Origin: Candidatus Cloacimonadales bacterium
GTDB lineage: Bacteria; Cloacimonadota; Cloacimonadia; Cloacimonadales; JAIOQZ01
Length of the DNA stretch: 64,000 nt
Direction: 5' to 3'
Assembly (NCBI GenBank): GCA_963665815.1
Contig: OY762463.1
Span: 2,912,001-2,976,000 of the forward strand
Part shown: positions 12,601 through 21,453 of the stretch, piece after piece
Layout of the letters: every line of letters starts with the position of its first letter
How positions within the stretch are numbered: position 1 is the first letter of the stretch
The notes under the pieces: generated by a model
The model's input: the letters and a program-made list of their open reading frames with translations, nothing else
What the model was told of the DNA's origin: nothing
The model's database searches: none
Position numbers and translations under genes: made by a program

Positions 12601-12843
12601 ATAGGGCTTATGCCTATGATTATTGCTCCCGGTGATGCCGGTAGAGACTGGAGACCAATGGCAGTTGCAATTGCATTTGGTCTTGCTTTTGCCACAATAC
12701 TTACTCTGTTTGTAATTCCGGTAATCTACTCAATTGTTGACTCTATTGGTGGGAAAATGGGTATATCCAGATTCAAGAAGCACATGACATTCAAGGAAGC
12801 ACTTGAGTCAGGTGAAATCCAGTTAATGGAAAAGAAAAAATAA
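9601..12843 (+). CDS. Efflux RND transporter permease (AcrB/AcrD/AcrF family)
   Basis: 1080 aa; GMIVDDAIVVLEN, GVVVNDSLVLVDF, RLRPIILTTITTIIGLMP. Confidence 0.95.
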   Translation: MSVAKFSVNNSALINIIMIMVFLWGIYQMAVMPKEEMPAVEFGMIYIGVVYPGVSPTEMEQFVVNKIEDEISDVDDIDFIDSEAQEGRCSIMVQFKPDADIEKGWNDLNAEMDKVKDLPEDAMDPIIMRINMREVNEMCDISLGGDFSANAIREIAENMKDGILDLKDISKVDIYGTQEREIWVEGDINKLEQYGLTLDDLSNAIRNSNMNVPGGKIDFGRVEFILRTIGEFDDTEDIEELIIRMDSHGRSIKVKDVAVVNDTLQEQDVISKLDGHKSVSLFVYQDADGNIMSVMKDVRKFVEEFKETVPGLQATIRNDSSIPVKNSINTLGTSAFLGIILVFIILMIFIGWRNAIFAALGIPFSFLLTFILMRQFDVTMNNLSLFGLVLVLGMIVDDAIVVLENVHRYMEQGLSPKEAAIKGTNEIMWPVIAAVTTTIAAFTPMLLMQGMMGKFMRIFPIVVSLALAASLFESLVILPSHIAEFSKPLKNKAKEASRMMNFLISRYQRALKFALSHRFLTISLVILAMFLSLGCVAARLVKFEFFPAQQPKTVILHLQTPVGTDLDETNRIVSSVENYIMTMEEHTDVEAIVTTVGQYIEQHDRQVATSNAEIKIDLREADEREFGYDHIKNVIREYVSNLPGVYTYKFSTQRGGPPTGADVELRIKGDNLNRLDYISDVIKNELEKIPGVVDIEDSFKPGKKEIQLIPDLEKLGIYGLTLGQVASAVRIASYGSTVSEFRGDGLDEYDIVVRLKESQMNNIEDLKNLTLRTQSGSIVELRDIVEMKLENSLSSIKHRDGDRIITITASTSLYESNGIMTKRTPDEVTYILKGGSQKGLLQRLINSILKLFGKEIQEKKGILENFGGRFPGYTMEYGGTAEEQAKSYGSLYLAFGIAILLVFAILATQFKSYIQPLIVMTTIPFAFIGVIFGLLVTRLPFSINTLVAIVALVGVVVNDSLVLVDFVNRERERGINRWQSLINGGSIRLRPIILTTITTIIGLMPMIIAPGDAGRDWRPMAVAIAFGLAFATILTLFVIPVIYSIVDSIGGKMGISRFKKHMTFKEALESGEIQLMEKKK

Positions 12844-12863
12844 AAGATTAATCAATATTAATG

Positions 12864-12895
12864 AGCCTGTCGGGAATTTTCTGACGGGCTTTTTT
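12864..12895 (+). terminator. Rho-independent terminator of efflux operon
   Basis: AGCCTGTCGG...CTGACGGGCT stem followed by T-tract just after the stop. Confidence 0.8.
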
Positions 12896-13111
12896 CTTTG
12901 AAAACACAGAATGCACGGAATAGGGAAATATAATTTTTAGTCAGAACTTGTCCGGCATATTTACTACTTAGTCGGAAACCACCCTACCCATCGGGCACGA
13001 CTCCATGGGATTTGAATTTTATCGATGTTTCATATCTCTATAGCATTTCTGCCGATCGCGTAGAGGTAACCGGACGATTGACTCAGATCAGCATAGTGAG
13101 ACAACTTATAT

Positions 13112-13151
13112 TTATGTAAATACGGAATTATATTCCTGATTTGCATAAAAT
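13112..13151. repeat. 40-bp palindromic direct repeat, copy 1 (upstream of ATPase)
   Basis: TTATGTAAATACGGAATTATATTCCTGATTTGCATAAAAT; 39/40 identical to 14380-14419. Confidence 0.9.
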
Positions 13152-13216
13152 AATTGACAAGTTTATCTGTATCTGCAATGATGATACATGTTTCACACGT
13201 ACAAAGAGGTAATAAA

Positions 13217-14377
13217 ATGTATAAGAAAAGAGATCTGCAAGATCATATTATAAAGGCTCTTGAGTACTTTCCTGTTGTTACCATTACAGGTCCGAGGCAA
13301 TCAGGGAAGACAACTTTTTGTCGTAAGAATTTCCCTGATTACAAATACGTCTCTTTGGAAGATCCGGATACCAGAGAATTTGCTCGAGAAGATCCTCGAG
13401 GGTTTTTAAAGCAATATCCTGACCGAACCATTATTGATGAGTTCCAGAATGTTCCCGAGCTAACTTCATATCTGCAAGGGCACATCGACGATGTTAATGA
13501 TACAGGTATGTATATTTTGACCGGATCAAACCAGTATTTAATGATGGAGAATGTGTCACAATCACTTGCAGGAAGAACTCAGATAATCAGATTATTGCCA
13601 TTTTCTTACAATGAAATACATAAAGACAGCGAAATCAGCCTGGAGCAGGTCCTGCATAAAGGGGGATATCCTCGTATATTTGAAAAGAATATTCCACCGG
13701 CTGATTTCTATTCATCCTACTTCGATACATATTTGCAGAAAGATCTTCGAAATGTACTGAAGGTTATGGATTTGAATCTTTTTCAGCGTTTTGTGACTTT
13801 GTGTGCTGCCCGTACTGCTCAAATAGTCAACCTGAGTTCCTTTTCCAATGAACTTGGCATTGACTCTAAAACTGTTAAGCGTTGGATTTCCATACTGGAG
13901 TCAGGTTATATTGTTAAACTGGTAAGTCCATATTACAAAAACTTCAACAAACGAGTTGTCAAATCTCCCAAGATGTATTTTCTGGATGTTGGACTTGCAT
14001 CCTATTTACTGGGAGTTAAAGAATCAGATCAGCTTATGAATCACCCGTTAAATGGCGAATTGTTTGAAACTTTCATTTTTTCTGAATTACAGAAACAAAT
14101 TATGCATGGGAATATGAAAGCAAACCTGTATTTCTACAGAGATAGTAACGGAAAAGAAATTGATTTTGTTATTGAGTCCGGCATGCAAACCAGACTTGTA
14201 GAAGTGAAGCTTACATCCACACCGTCTAAAGTTAATTTCAAGAATCTGATTTCGCTTCGAGAACAATTTGGTGCAAACTCGTATTCATACTTGTGCTATG
14301 GTGGCGACTTAAAGCAGACAATGTATGATACAGAGCTGGTAAGTTTCAGGAATTCCGGTTCAATTTTAACGAAGTAA
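13217..14377 (+). CDS. AAA_14/DUF4143 family ATP-binding protein
   Basis: Walker A GPRQSGKTT, Walker B IIDEFQ, ILTGS, KSPKMYFLDVG, C-terminal EIDFVIE...VEVK. ATG 13217 with GAGG RBS is preferred over the track start at 13154. Confidence 0.9.
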   Translation: MYKKRDLQDHIIKALEYFPVVTITGPRQSGKTTFCRKNFPDYKYVSLEDPDTREFAREDPRGFLKQYPDRTIIDEFQNVPELTSYLQGHIDDVNDTGMYILTGSNQYLMMENVSQSLAGRTQIIRLLPFSYNEIHKDSEISLEQVLHKGGYPRIFEKNIPPADFYSSYFDTYLQKDLRNVLKVMDLNLFQRFVTLCAARTAQIVNLSSFSNELGIDSKTVKRWISILESGYIVKLVSPYYKNFNKRVVKSPKMYFLDVGLASYLLGVKESDQLMNHPLNGELFETFIFSELQKQIMHGNMKANLYFYRDSNGKEIDFVIESGMQTRLVEVKLTSTPSKVNFKNLISLREQFGANSYSYLCYGGDLKQTMYDTELVSFRNSGSILTK

Positions 14378-14379
14378 AA

Positions 14380-14419
14380 TTATGTAAATACGGAATTAGA
14401 TTCCTGATTTGCATAAAAT
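14380..14419. repeat. 40-bp palindromic direct repeat, copy 2 (2 bp after ATPase stop)
   Basis: TTATGTAAATACGGAATTAGATTCCTGATTTGCATAAAAT. Confidence 0.9.
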
Positions 14420-14449
14420 TACCCTGTCTCGTAAACTCGACATCTACCC

Positions 14450-14546
14450 GTAGATGTTTCCGCAGGAATACATCCAGAATTGACGTAGATGTTTCTGAAA
14501 GAATACATCCAGATTCAGGCTGATGTTTTTTGGCAAAAACATCAAG
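14450..14546. repeat. Tandem 35-bp REP-like palindromic units (GTAGATGTTT...AATACATCC)
   Basis: Units start at 14450 and 14485, with a degenerate third at about 14519; same family at 42888, 42923 and 43273. Confidence 0.8.
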
Positions 14547-14645
14547 GGAGAACATTGTAAGTGCAGAACTTTTTGATTACTGAGAGGTTCTGACAACTTT
14601 AAATACATGTATTGTAATGATGTTCAGATAGTGTTTGATAAAAGA

Positions 14646-15425
14646 TCAATCCCATTGATCCACAAATACTACAACACCTTTTTTTATAAAGAATTGGGTG
14701 AGTATTTCTGTGAACTCATCACTGCTTTTATCTTGTTTAGACTCAAGTATTTTCTCAATTTCATCTCTGAACTCAGCATCATCAATTTTATTGAACTTGA
14801 TCTTATGATTATAATAGAGCTCGCCCAAGACTATTAAATGGTCTAAAGATAATTTTCCTGAGTTTACAAGTAAAATATCTGCACATTCCAGATTGATAAC
14901 AGCAATGTTCTTTGTTTCCCTTTTCAACAGCATAGTAATAGCTTCTTTTGAAAGTTTTCTTATTCCAGAGCAATCTCCAAGACTATGTCCATACTTTCTA
15001 ACAAAAATGGACTTATATTTATCTGAATCCAGTTTTTTAATATCAGAAAAAGATGAAAAGAACAGTTCTGAACTAAAAGCATGAGGACTGTCTTTTGCTA
15101 TTGTTAACTCCTTACTGCCATTGAAATAGAAATTATAACATGGTACTTGTTTTAGATTATCAATTTTATATACTTTTGTGGTGTATTCTCGTTTTACACT
15201 GAATTCATCCTTTATAAGATAGCTCAGCAGGTTTGTTGAAGAGTTCAACTTTCCCAGCTTACCAATACTCATTCTATCAGACCATGTCAGTGATATGAAA
15301 GCTGTGTCAGCAACATTATCTTTAGTAATAAGTTCAACTTCTGCTACAATCATTCCTGGGGCATCAGCAGTAAGATAACATATTGGTACAATTATAAACA
15401 ACATTACTATTACTGCAAGTCTCAT
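14646..15425 (-). CDS. Secreted hypothetical protein
   Basis: 259 aa, signal peptide, AGGAGG RBS. Confidence 0.65.
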   Translation of the reverse strand: MRLAVIVMLFIIVPICYLTADAPGMIVAEVELITKDNVADTAFISLTWSDRMSIGKLGKLNSSTNLLSYLIKDEFSVKREYTTKVYKIDNLKQVPCYNFYFNGSKELTIAKDSPHAFSSELFFSSFSDIKKLDSDKYKSIFVRKYGHSLGDCSGIRKLSKEAITMLLKRETKNIAVINLECADILLVNSGKLSLDHLIVLGELYYNHKIKFNKIDDAEFRDEIEKILESKQDKSSDEFTEILTQFFIKKGVVVFVDQWD

Positions 15426-15578
15426 AATTCCTCCTTTTCTTTAGGAAAAATGTATGTGATAATAAAGCTAGGAAGCAAATTTTATTGATCATATTTTCTC
15501 CTATTTGTAGCAACTTAGGTTAGTTATATAATACTAGTCAAGTAATTTAGTTATGCTCCTTTACAAAATGTTAAGCTT

Positions 15579-16106
15579 CTACCTATACCTATCCTCTTCA
15601 CTATAAATACACCCGCAATACTGCTGGCGGTACATTCCCAACCGTTTCGATTCCTCTATCCCGAATTTCCAGTGCTCCCTGAAATCCTTATACAGGAACT
15701 TCACTCCGACTTCCTTTGCTGCTGCTTCTCCAATACTCCTGATAAGCTCGTGCTTCTGGAATTTACTGTAAAGCAGGGTTGTCGTAAAGTAGTCAAACTT
15801 GCCTTTTCTGGCAATATGCGCAGCAGCTTTAAGTCTTACATAGTAGCAGTAACTGCATCTCTGGGACTCTCTGTAGACAACGTTTCTCAGGAATTCACCT
15901 ATATCATACTCGTCCTGCCAGATCACCCTGATATCATTCTGTTCGGTAAACTCTAGGAACGTCTCTTTTCTTCTGTTGTATTCTGTCAGAGGGTGGATGT
16001 TGGGATTATACCAGAACCCGAAAACCTCGTAACCTTCTTCCTTAAGGGCTGTATGCGGACCTATCATGCAGGGGCCGCAGCATGTATGCAATAATACTCT
16101 TTTCAT
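15579..16106 (-). CDS. queH: Epoxyqueuosine reductase QueH (DUF208)
   Basis: LLHTCCGPC, YNPNIHP, RCSYCY, YRQQYCGC. Confidence 0.92.
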   Translation of the reverse strand: MKRVLLHTCCGPCMIGPHTALKEEGYEVFGFWYNPNIHPLTEYNRRKETFLEFTEQNDIRVIWQDEYDIGEFLRNVVYRESQRCSYCYYVRLKAAAHIARKGKFDYFTTTLLYSKFQKHELIRSIGEAAAKEVGVKFLYKDFREHWKFGIEESKRLGMYRQQYCGCIYSEEDRYR

Positions 16107-17008
16107 TATCCCTTCAATATTTCGTCTGTGGTTTTAAAATGCAGTTTACCGATCTTCTCAAGCTCTTTTCCTGAGTGTTTACTTACAAATTGTTTACCTA
16201 ATTTGATAATGTCTGCTCCTGCTCCCGATTTCAATTCGATGTCATATTTACGGGATAGATGTTTAAGGACTTTCAGGTAATTGTATCTGGCAACAATTGA
16301 GGCCGCCGCAACAGCAATATCACGTTCGCCTTTGGTTGCAGCTCTCAGCGGGATGTTCTTCAGTTCTTTCAGACCTGATGAGATTGTATTCATGTTACTG
16401 AACTTATCGAGAAAGGCACCGTCGAATTGTCTTCTTTTTGCCAGATTGACAATCGCTCTGGCGTGCATCCACGCAAGCAGTTCATTGAGCTTTTTGCCCT
16501 GCTGAGTAAAACGGGCATATAATTCATTGTATTTTTCAGGAGTGAGAATCATAACTTCATAAGAACCACGCAGCTTGGTGGCTATAGCGCTGTTCATCTT
16601 TTCCAGAGCATCAAAGCTTTTGACTGTTTTAGAATCTCTGACTTTAATAGCAGCTAGTTGTTTTTTTACATAATCATCGCAATAAAAGGCACATACTACG
16701 AGCGGCCCGAAATAATCACCTTTTCCAGCTTCGTCAGATCCTGACCACTTTTTCCAGTCATGCAGTTTTTCTTCGGATATCGGTCCGGAAATAACAGTCT
16801 GAAGCTGTTTTTTCAGAAGGGAATCTTTCCCCTGAATAACGTATTTCGTGCCTTTTTTCTCTGTATGGTATATATTGATTTTGCAAGTGTATTCAGCCTT
16901 GGAAAGTGTAAGACTGATCCCGTAAGGAATTTCCTTTTCATCGGAAACCATAATCCCCAACTGATTGATCTTTTTAACAAATTCTGCAGTAATTTCCAGT
17001 ATCTTCAT
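16106..17008 (-). CDS. rnhC: Ribonuclease HIII
   Basis: GSDEAGKGDYFGP, RDSK, VAAASIVAR, KLHFKT, N-terminal extension; likely start ATG 17008. Confidence 0.88.
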   Translation of the reverse strand: MKILEITAEFVKKINQLGIMVSDEKEIPYGISLTLSKAEYTCKINIYHTEKKGTKYVIQGKDSLLKKQLQTVISGPISEEKLHDWKKWSGSDEAGKGDYFGPLVVCAFYCDDYVKKQLAAIKVRDSKTVKSFDALEKMNSAIATKLRGSYEVMILTPEKYNELYARFTQQGKKLNELLAWMHARAIVNLAKRRQFDGAFLDKFSNMNTISSGLKELKNIPLRAATKGERDIAVAAASIVARYNYLKVLKHLSRKYDIELKSGAGADIIKLGKQFVSKHSGKELEKIGKLHFKTTDEILKG

Positions 17009-17290
17009 GTTTATTCCGTTTTGAGAGATAATTGCTCTCATCAGTTTAGTATGATCATTAAAATATGTCATGTAATAAATGACAAACAATTTCTACAATA
17101 AATTGTAAATTTTCTGATATTGTTAAGGATTATCTGAAATAAAAAGGATGATTTACAGTTTTAATCATATATACTCAGAGAAAAGACAAAACAGGAATAA
17201 TATATTTAATTATATAAATAAATAAACATCATTTGACAAACAAACTCAATTTCGTAGTTTGTAAACTGCAATAATTTTGGAGAAATATTA

Positions 17291-18535
17291 ATGACGAGAA
17301 CTAAATACGTATTCATGGCAATGCTTATAGCAGCATTCGCATTCTCAGGCAGTCTTTTTGCTAATTCAATATTCGCATCAAGTGACGGAACTGAATATCC
17401 CGAAAGATTTTACGGTTACGATTCCTATTCGGCAGGTATGGGTTATACCGGAGCAGGCGACCTTTTCAGAATCAATAATTACACTGCTAATCCTGCATTA
17501 ATGACAACCAGCAGCAATGTGAATTTTTCTGCCTCAATAAAACTTGGTTATAACACTTATAAACAGGATATTAACAACCAAAGCGAATCTTACAGAGATG
17601 ACGGACTTATTTTATCTCAGTTCAGTTTTGCTTTTCCGTACAATAATAACAGATTTGGCGCTAATATTCAGGCTTTTTCCTCAGGAAACTTTGAAAATGA
17701 AGTCAAGGGTATAGTAATTGATGAAGATAATGAGTATGATCTTAAAAACAGCATTACAAGAAACATGTATCAGTTTAATCTGAATTACGCTTACAAGCTT
17801 GATAAACTCAGTCTTGGAGCATCCGTGAACTATCTACTCGGAAGTAACAATCTTGAAATGTCTCACGACCACGATTCATATATCGATACATACTATATGG
17901 ATATTCGCAGATATAACGGAGCAGCATATACTATTGGGGCAACCTATGATTTTACTAAATATTCAGCAGGTATTTCTTATAGAACAAAAGCTGATCTTTC
18001 CGGCAAAAGAGAACTGGAAACTGTTGTACATGATGATGATAACAGAATCAGTCTGAGCACAGATGATATGGAAATTGCCGACGAATTATGTCTGGGCTTT
18101 GCTGCAAAAATCAAAGATGAGTTCAAAATGACTTTCGATACTCACTTTGAAAGATGGTCAGAGATTTCCGATGATTATAATGATTCTTACATGGTTGGAT
18201 TTGGTGCGTCATACGACCCATACAAAAAGAAAGATAACTTTTTCCTGAAAATACCTGTCAGAGCAGGATACAGTCTCCGTAAACTACAGTATAAGATGAA
18301 TAATGAAGATATTATGGAACATACTTTGACAATGGGTATCAGTCTGCCAATTAAATCTACAAAGCAGGCGATTACATTTTCTGTTGAATTGATGAAGCGT
18401 GGAGATAAATCAAAACATGGAATCGAAGATAACGGTATCATGTTTACAATCGGTTCACAGGGATTTGATGTATTCAGTAGAAGAAAGAACAAAACCGGGC
18501 ATAGAGATATTCCAAAGCCTGATTCAAATTATTAG
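17291..18535 (+). CDS. Outer-membrane beta-barrel protein (FadL/OmpP1-like)
   Basis: Signal peptide, SAGMG..G...NPA motif, alternating beta-strand pattern. Confidence 0.65.
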   Translation: MTRTKYVFMAMLIAAFAFSGSLFANSIFASSDGTEYPERFYGYDSYSAGMGYTGAGDLFRINNYTANPALMTTSSNVNFSASIKLGYNTYKQDINNQSESYRDDGLILSQFSFAFPYNNNRFGANIQAFSSGNFENEVKGIVIDEDNEYDLKNSITRNMYQFNLNYAYKLDKLSLGASVNYLLGSNNLEMSHDHDSYIDTYYMDIRRYNGAAYTIGATYDFTKYSAGISYRTKADLSGKRELETVVHDDDNRISLSTDDMEIADELCLGFAAKIKDEFKMTFDTHFERWSEISDDYNDSYMVGFGASYDPYKKKDNFFLKIPVRAGYSLRKLQYKMNNEDIMEHTLTMGISLPIKSTKQAITFSVELMKRGDKSKHGIEDNGIMFTIGSQGFDVFSRRKNKTGHRDIPKPDSNY

Positions 18536-18558
18536 ATAATAAATTTTAAAGAGGGTCT

Positions 18559-18726
18559 ATGAAAATAGATAAAGAACTATGTGATGTCTGTAGTACATGT
18601 GCTGCAGCATGTCCTGTTGATGCAATAACAATCAGCGAATTCGATGTAAAAATAGATGAAGAAAAATGTGTGCATTGCGGTAATTGTATTATCAGCTGTC
18701 CGATCAGTGCGATTTCGGAGGAATAA
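18559..18726 (+). CDS. 2x[4Fe-4S] ferredoxin (55 aa)
   Basis: Not in the ORF track. MKIDKELCDVCSTCAAACPVDAITISEFDVKIDEEKCVHCGNCIISCPISAISEE, two CxxCxxCxxxCP motifs; GAGG RBS; stop overlaps the next ATG. Confidence 0.92.
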   Translation: MKIDKELCDVCSTCAAACPVDAITISEFDVKIDEEKCVHCGNCIISCPISAISEE

Positions 18727-19907
18727 TGTTTTATGATGTAGTCGTGGTTGGTGCCGGCCCGGCAGGAGCAGTAGCAGCCTGGTATGCAGCGAAAAGCGGA
18801 GCTTCCGTTCTGCTTCTTGAGAGAGACAGAGAACCAGGAATTCCTGTAAGATGTGCCGAAGGTGCTTCTCAGGCAGGAGTTCATGAATTTCTCGACCCTG
18901 ATCCACGCTGGGTTTCCGCAAAGACCAATACACTTAGAATTATATCTCCTGATGGAAACCATGCTGATCTTAATCACTTGAGAGATGCTTACATTCTTGA
19001 GAGAAGAGTTTTTGATAAAACCTTATGCGATAAAGCGTGCAATGCCGGAGCAAAACTTCTTGTCAAAGCTGATGCTGTAAGGCTTTACAAAGAAAATGAC
19101 GTTGTAAAAGGTGTTGTTTTCAGGCATCTTGGAGAAGAGAAAACTGTCCGTTGTAATATCGTTATAGGAGCAGACGGCATCGAATCAAAAGTCGGCCGTT
19201 GGGCAGGAATCAGAACCGAACTGAAGGTTGAAGATCTGGAACCTACAGCTCAATATACACTTACAGGAATCAAAGTTGATTCAACTGTCAGTCAGTTTTT
19301 TGTAGGTGCTAAATACGCTCCGGGGGGTTATGCCTGGATTTTCCCGAAATCCGAGACCTCCGCTAATGTTGGACTGGGAATTGCAACACAGATGGCAGAA
19401 GGGAAAAACGCTAAATACTATCTTGATAAATTTGTAGATGATGTATTCCCGGATGCATCGAGAAACTATCTTGTTCTCGGCAGTGTACCTACTTCCGGAA
19501 CACTTCCGCAGATCACAACTGACAATGTTATGCTTGTAGGGGATGCAGCCCGTCAGGTTGATCCGCTTACGGGTGCAGGAATTCTCAACGGTATGTTTGC
19601 AGCTAAAATTGCCGGAACTATTGCCGGTGATGCTTTAAAGAAGAAAGACTTCTCAAACAAATTCCTGAAGAAATATCAGAAGCAATGGCATAATGATCTT
19701 GGTAAAAGACTGGCTATTCTTCATGAGTTGAAAGAAACTTATTTCGGATTTTCGGAAGAACGCTTCAATAATATTGTTAAGAGTCTGAATAAAATGCCGT
19801 CATCAGATATCGATGTTAAGAAACTGTTTGTAACAGCAGTAAAGGATGATCCGAAACTTGTACTACAAGTAAGTAAAGCATTTCTCATAGGAAATTTTAT
19901 AAAGTAA
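18726..19907 (+). CDS. Geranylgeranyl reductase family FAD oxidoreductase (archaeal DGGGPL-reductase-like)
   Basis: YDVVVVGAGPAG, RCAEG, GADG, APGGYAWIFPK, VGDAARQVDPLTGAGI; start ATG 18726. Confidence 0.88.
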   Translation: MFYDVVVVGAGPAGAVAAWYAAKSGASVLLLERDREPGIPVRCAEGASQAGVHEFLDPDPRWVSAKTNTLRIISPDGNHADLNHLRDAYILERRVFDKTLCDKACNAGAKLLVKADAVRLYKENDVVKGVVFRHLGEEKTVRCNIVIGADGIESKVGRWAGIRTELKVEDLEPTAQYTLTGIKVDSTVSQFFVGAKYAPGGYAWIFPKSETSANVGLGIATQMAEGKNAKYYLDKFVDDVFPDASRNYLVLGSVPTSGTLPQITTDNVMLVGDAARQVDPLTGAGILNGMFAAKIAGTIAGDALKKKDFSNKFLKKYQKQWHNDLGKRLAILHELKETYFGFSEERFNNIVKSLNKMPSSDIDVKKLFVTAVKDDPKLVLQVSKAFLIGNFIK

Positions 19908-20498
19908 ATGAAAAAGAAATACAGAACGGAAATTTACAGGAAGCTGATTCACATCAGCTCTCTTGCTATCCCGATGTCTTTCCGTTTCATTGTTAGTAGA
20001 ACCACTATGCTTCGCGTACTGATTCCATTAACGCTTATTGTATTTGCAATAGAAATAATCAGATTAGAGAATAAGTCACTCAAACGTATATTTTACAGTC
20101 TTTTCGGCATTATGCTGAGGCGTCATGAAATAAATAATTACACAGGTGCATCTTATCTGATGGTATCGGCTATTTTCTGTATATCATTTTTCCCGGCAGA
20201 TATAGCATTCCTGGCATTATCATCTCTGGCAATTGGAGATACTTTTGCCGCTATCATAGGTATGATGTACGGGAAAAGAAAGATCCGCGGATCGAAGAAA
20301 AGCCTGGAAGGATCACTGGCATGCTTTGTAACAACATGTGCTTATGCTCTGTTGTTCGGAGCCCATCCGTTGATTGCTATTGTTGGAGGTATATCCACGA
20401 CAATAGCTGAAACTTCGTCAATCCCGATTGATGACAATATAAAAATCCCAATAATATCAGCAGTGGCTATGACAGCGGCTCAGCTGTTTATCTTTTAA
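19908..20498 (+). CDS. CTP-dependent polyprenol/phytol/dolichol kinase family membrane protein
   Basis: RKLIH, GDTFAAIIG..YGK, KKSLEGSLA, IDDN motifs. Confidence 0.8.
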   Translation: MKKKYRTEIYRKLIHISSLAIPMSFRFIVSRTTMLRVLIPLTLIVFAIEIIRLENKSLKRIFYSLFGIMLRRHEINNYTGASYLMVSAIFCISFFPADIAFLALSSLAIGDTFAAIIGMMYGKRKIRGSKKSLEGSLACFVTTCAYALLFGAHPLIAIVGGISTTIAETSSIPIDDNIKIPIISAVAMTAAQLFIF

Positions 20499-20507
20499 GA
20501 GGTTTAA

Positions 20508-21449
20508 ATGTTATTATCATTTGTAATCCCTGTTTTTAATGAAGAAGAATCCCTGAACACTCTGTACTCGGAGATAATCGAGAACGCAAAAGCTTATGAT
20601 TACGAGATCATATTTATTGATGATGGTAGTACCGACAAAAGTTTTGATGTTATGAGCAGTCTTGCAGATAAAGACTTGAATGTAAAGATTGTCAGATTCA
20701 GAAAAAACTTTGGTAAGGCTACAGGTCTGAATGTCGGATTCGAACATGCTCAGGGTGATATAGTATTCACAATGGATGCAGATCTTCAGGATGACCCGAA
20801 GGAAATACCGAGATTCATAGAAAAAATGAATGAAGGCTATGATCTTGTTTCGGGTTGGAAAGAAAACAGAAAAGATCCTATTCATAAGACTCTGCCTTCA
20901 AAGCTGTTTAACAAAGTAACCTCAAAAACATTTAATGTTAATCTGCATGATCATAACTGTGGATTCAAAGCATACAAAAAAGAAGTTATTCAGGAACTGG
21001 ATATCTATGGAGAACTACACAGATTTGTTCCTCCTCTGGCGGGAGCAAAAGGATTTAAAATAACTGAAATCCCTGTGCATCATCGTAAGAGAGAATTCGG
21101 TAAATCCAAATATGGGTCAAAGAGACTTCTCAGAGGTTTTCTCGATCTTCTTACAGTCAAGCTGGTGACGCACTATAACCAGAGCCCTCTGTACTTATTC
21201 GGTAGAACCGGTACGATGTTTTTCAGTATTGGATTTCTGATAAATCTTTATCTGACTATCATGAAATTTGGTTTTGGACAGCCACTGGCAAACAGACCTT
21301 TGTTATGGTTAGGCATCCTTTTGATTATGGTAGGAATTCAGTTTTTCTCTATCGGATTGATTGGTGAGTTAATAGTGAATCAGAACAGACATCGGAATAA
21401 ACGTACAACATATTCTATAAAAGAAAAAGTAAATATTGAAAAGGAGTAA
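20508..21449 (+). CDS. GT2 polyprenyl-phosphate glycosyltransferase (DPM1/ArnC-like)
   Basis: VIPVFNEE, DDGSTD, NFGK, MDADLQDDP, HRF, two C-terminal TM helices. Confidence 0.9.
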   Translation: MLLSFVIPVFNEEESLNTLYSEIIENAKAYDYEIIFIDDGSTDKSFDVMSSLADKDLNVKIVRFRKNFGKATGLNVGFEHAQGDIVFTMDADLQDDPKEIPRFIEKMNEGYDLVSGWKENRKDPIHKTLPSKLFNKVTSKTFNVNLHDHNCGFKAYKKEVIQELDIYGELHRFVPPLAGAKGFKITEIPVHHRKREFGKSKYGSKRLLRGFLDLLTVKLVTHYNQSPLYLFGRTGTMFFSIGFLINLYLTIMKFGFGQPLANRPLLWLGILLIMVGIQFFSIGLIGELIVNQNRHRNKRTTYSIKEKVNIEKE

Positions 21450-21453
21450 ATCC

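Noticed and set aside
14450-14546. CRISPR array
   Set aside because: Only 2-3 adjacent units with a constant linker, no unique spacers and no cas genes.
18546-18977. Minus-strand ORFs 18546-18977 and 18577-18933, and the extended GGR start at 18684
   Set aside because: These are shadows of the plus-strand ferredoxin and GGR; the true GGR start is 18726.
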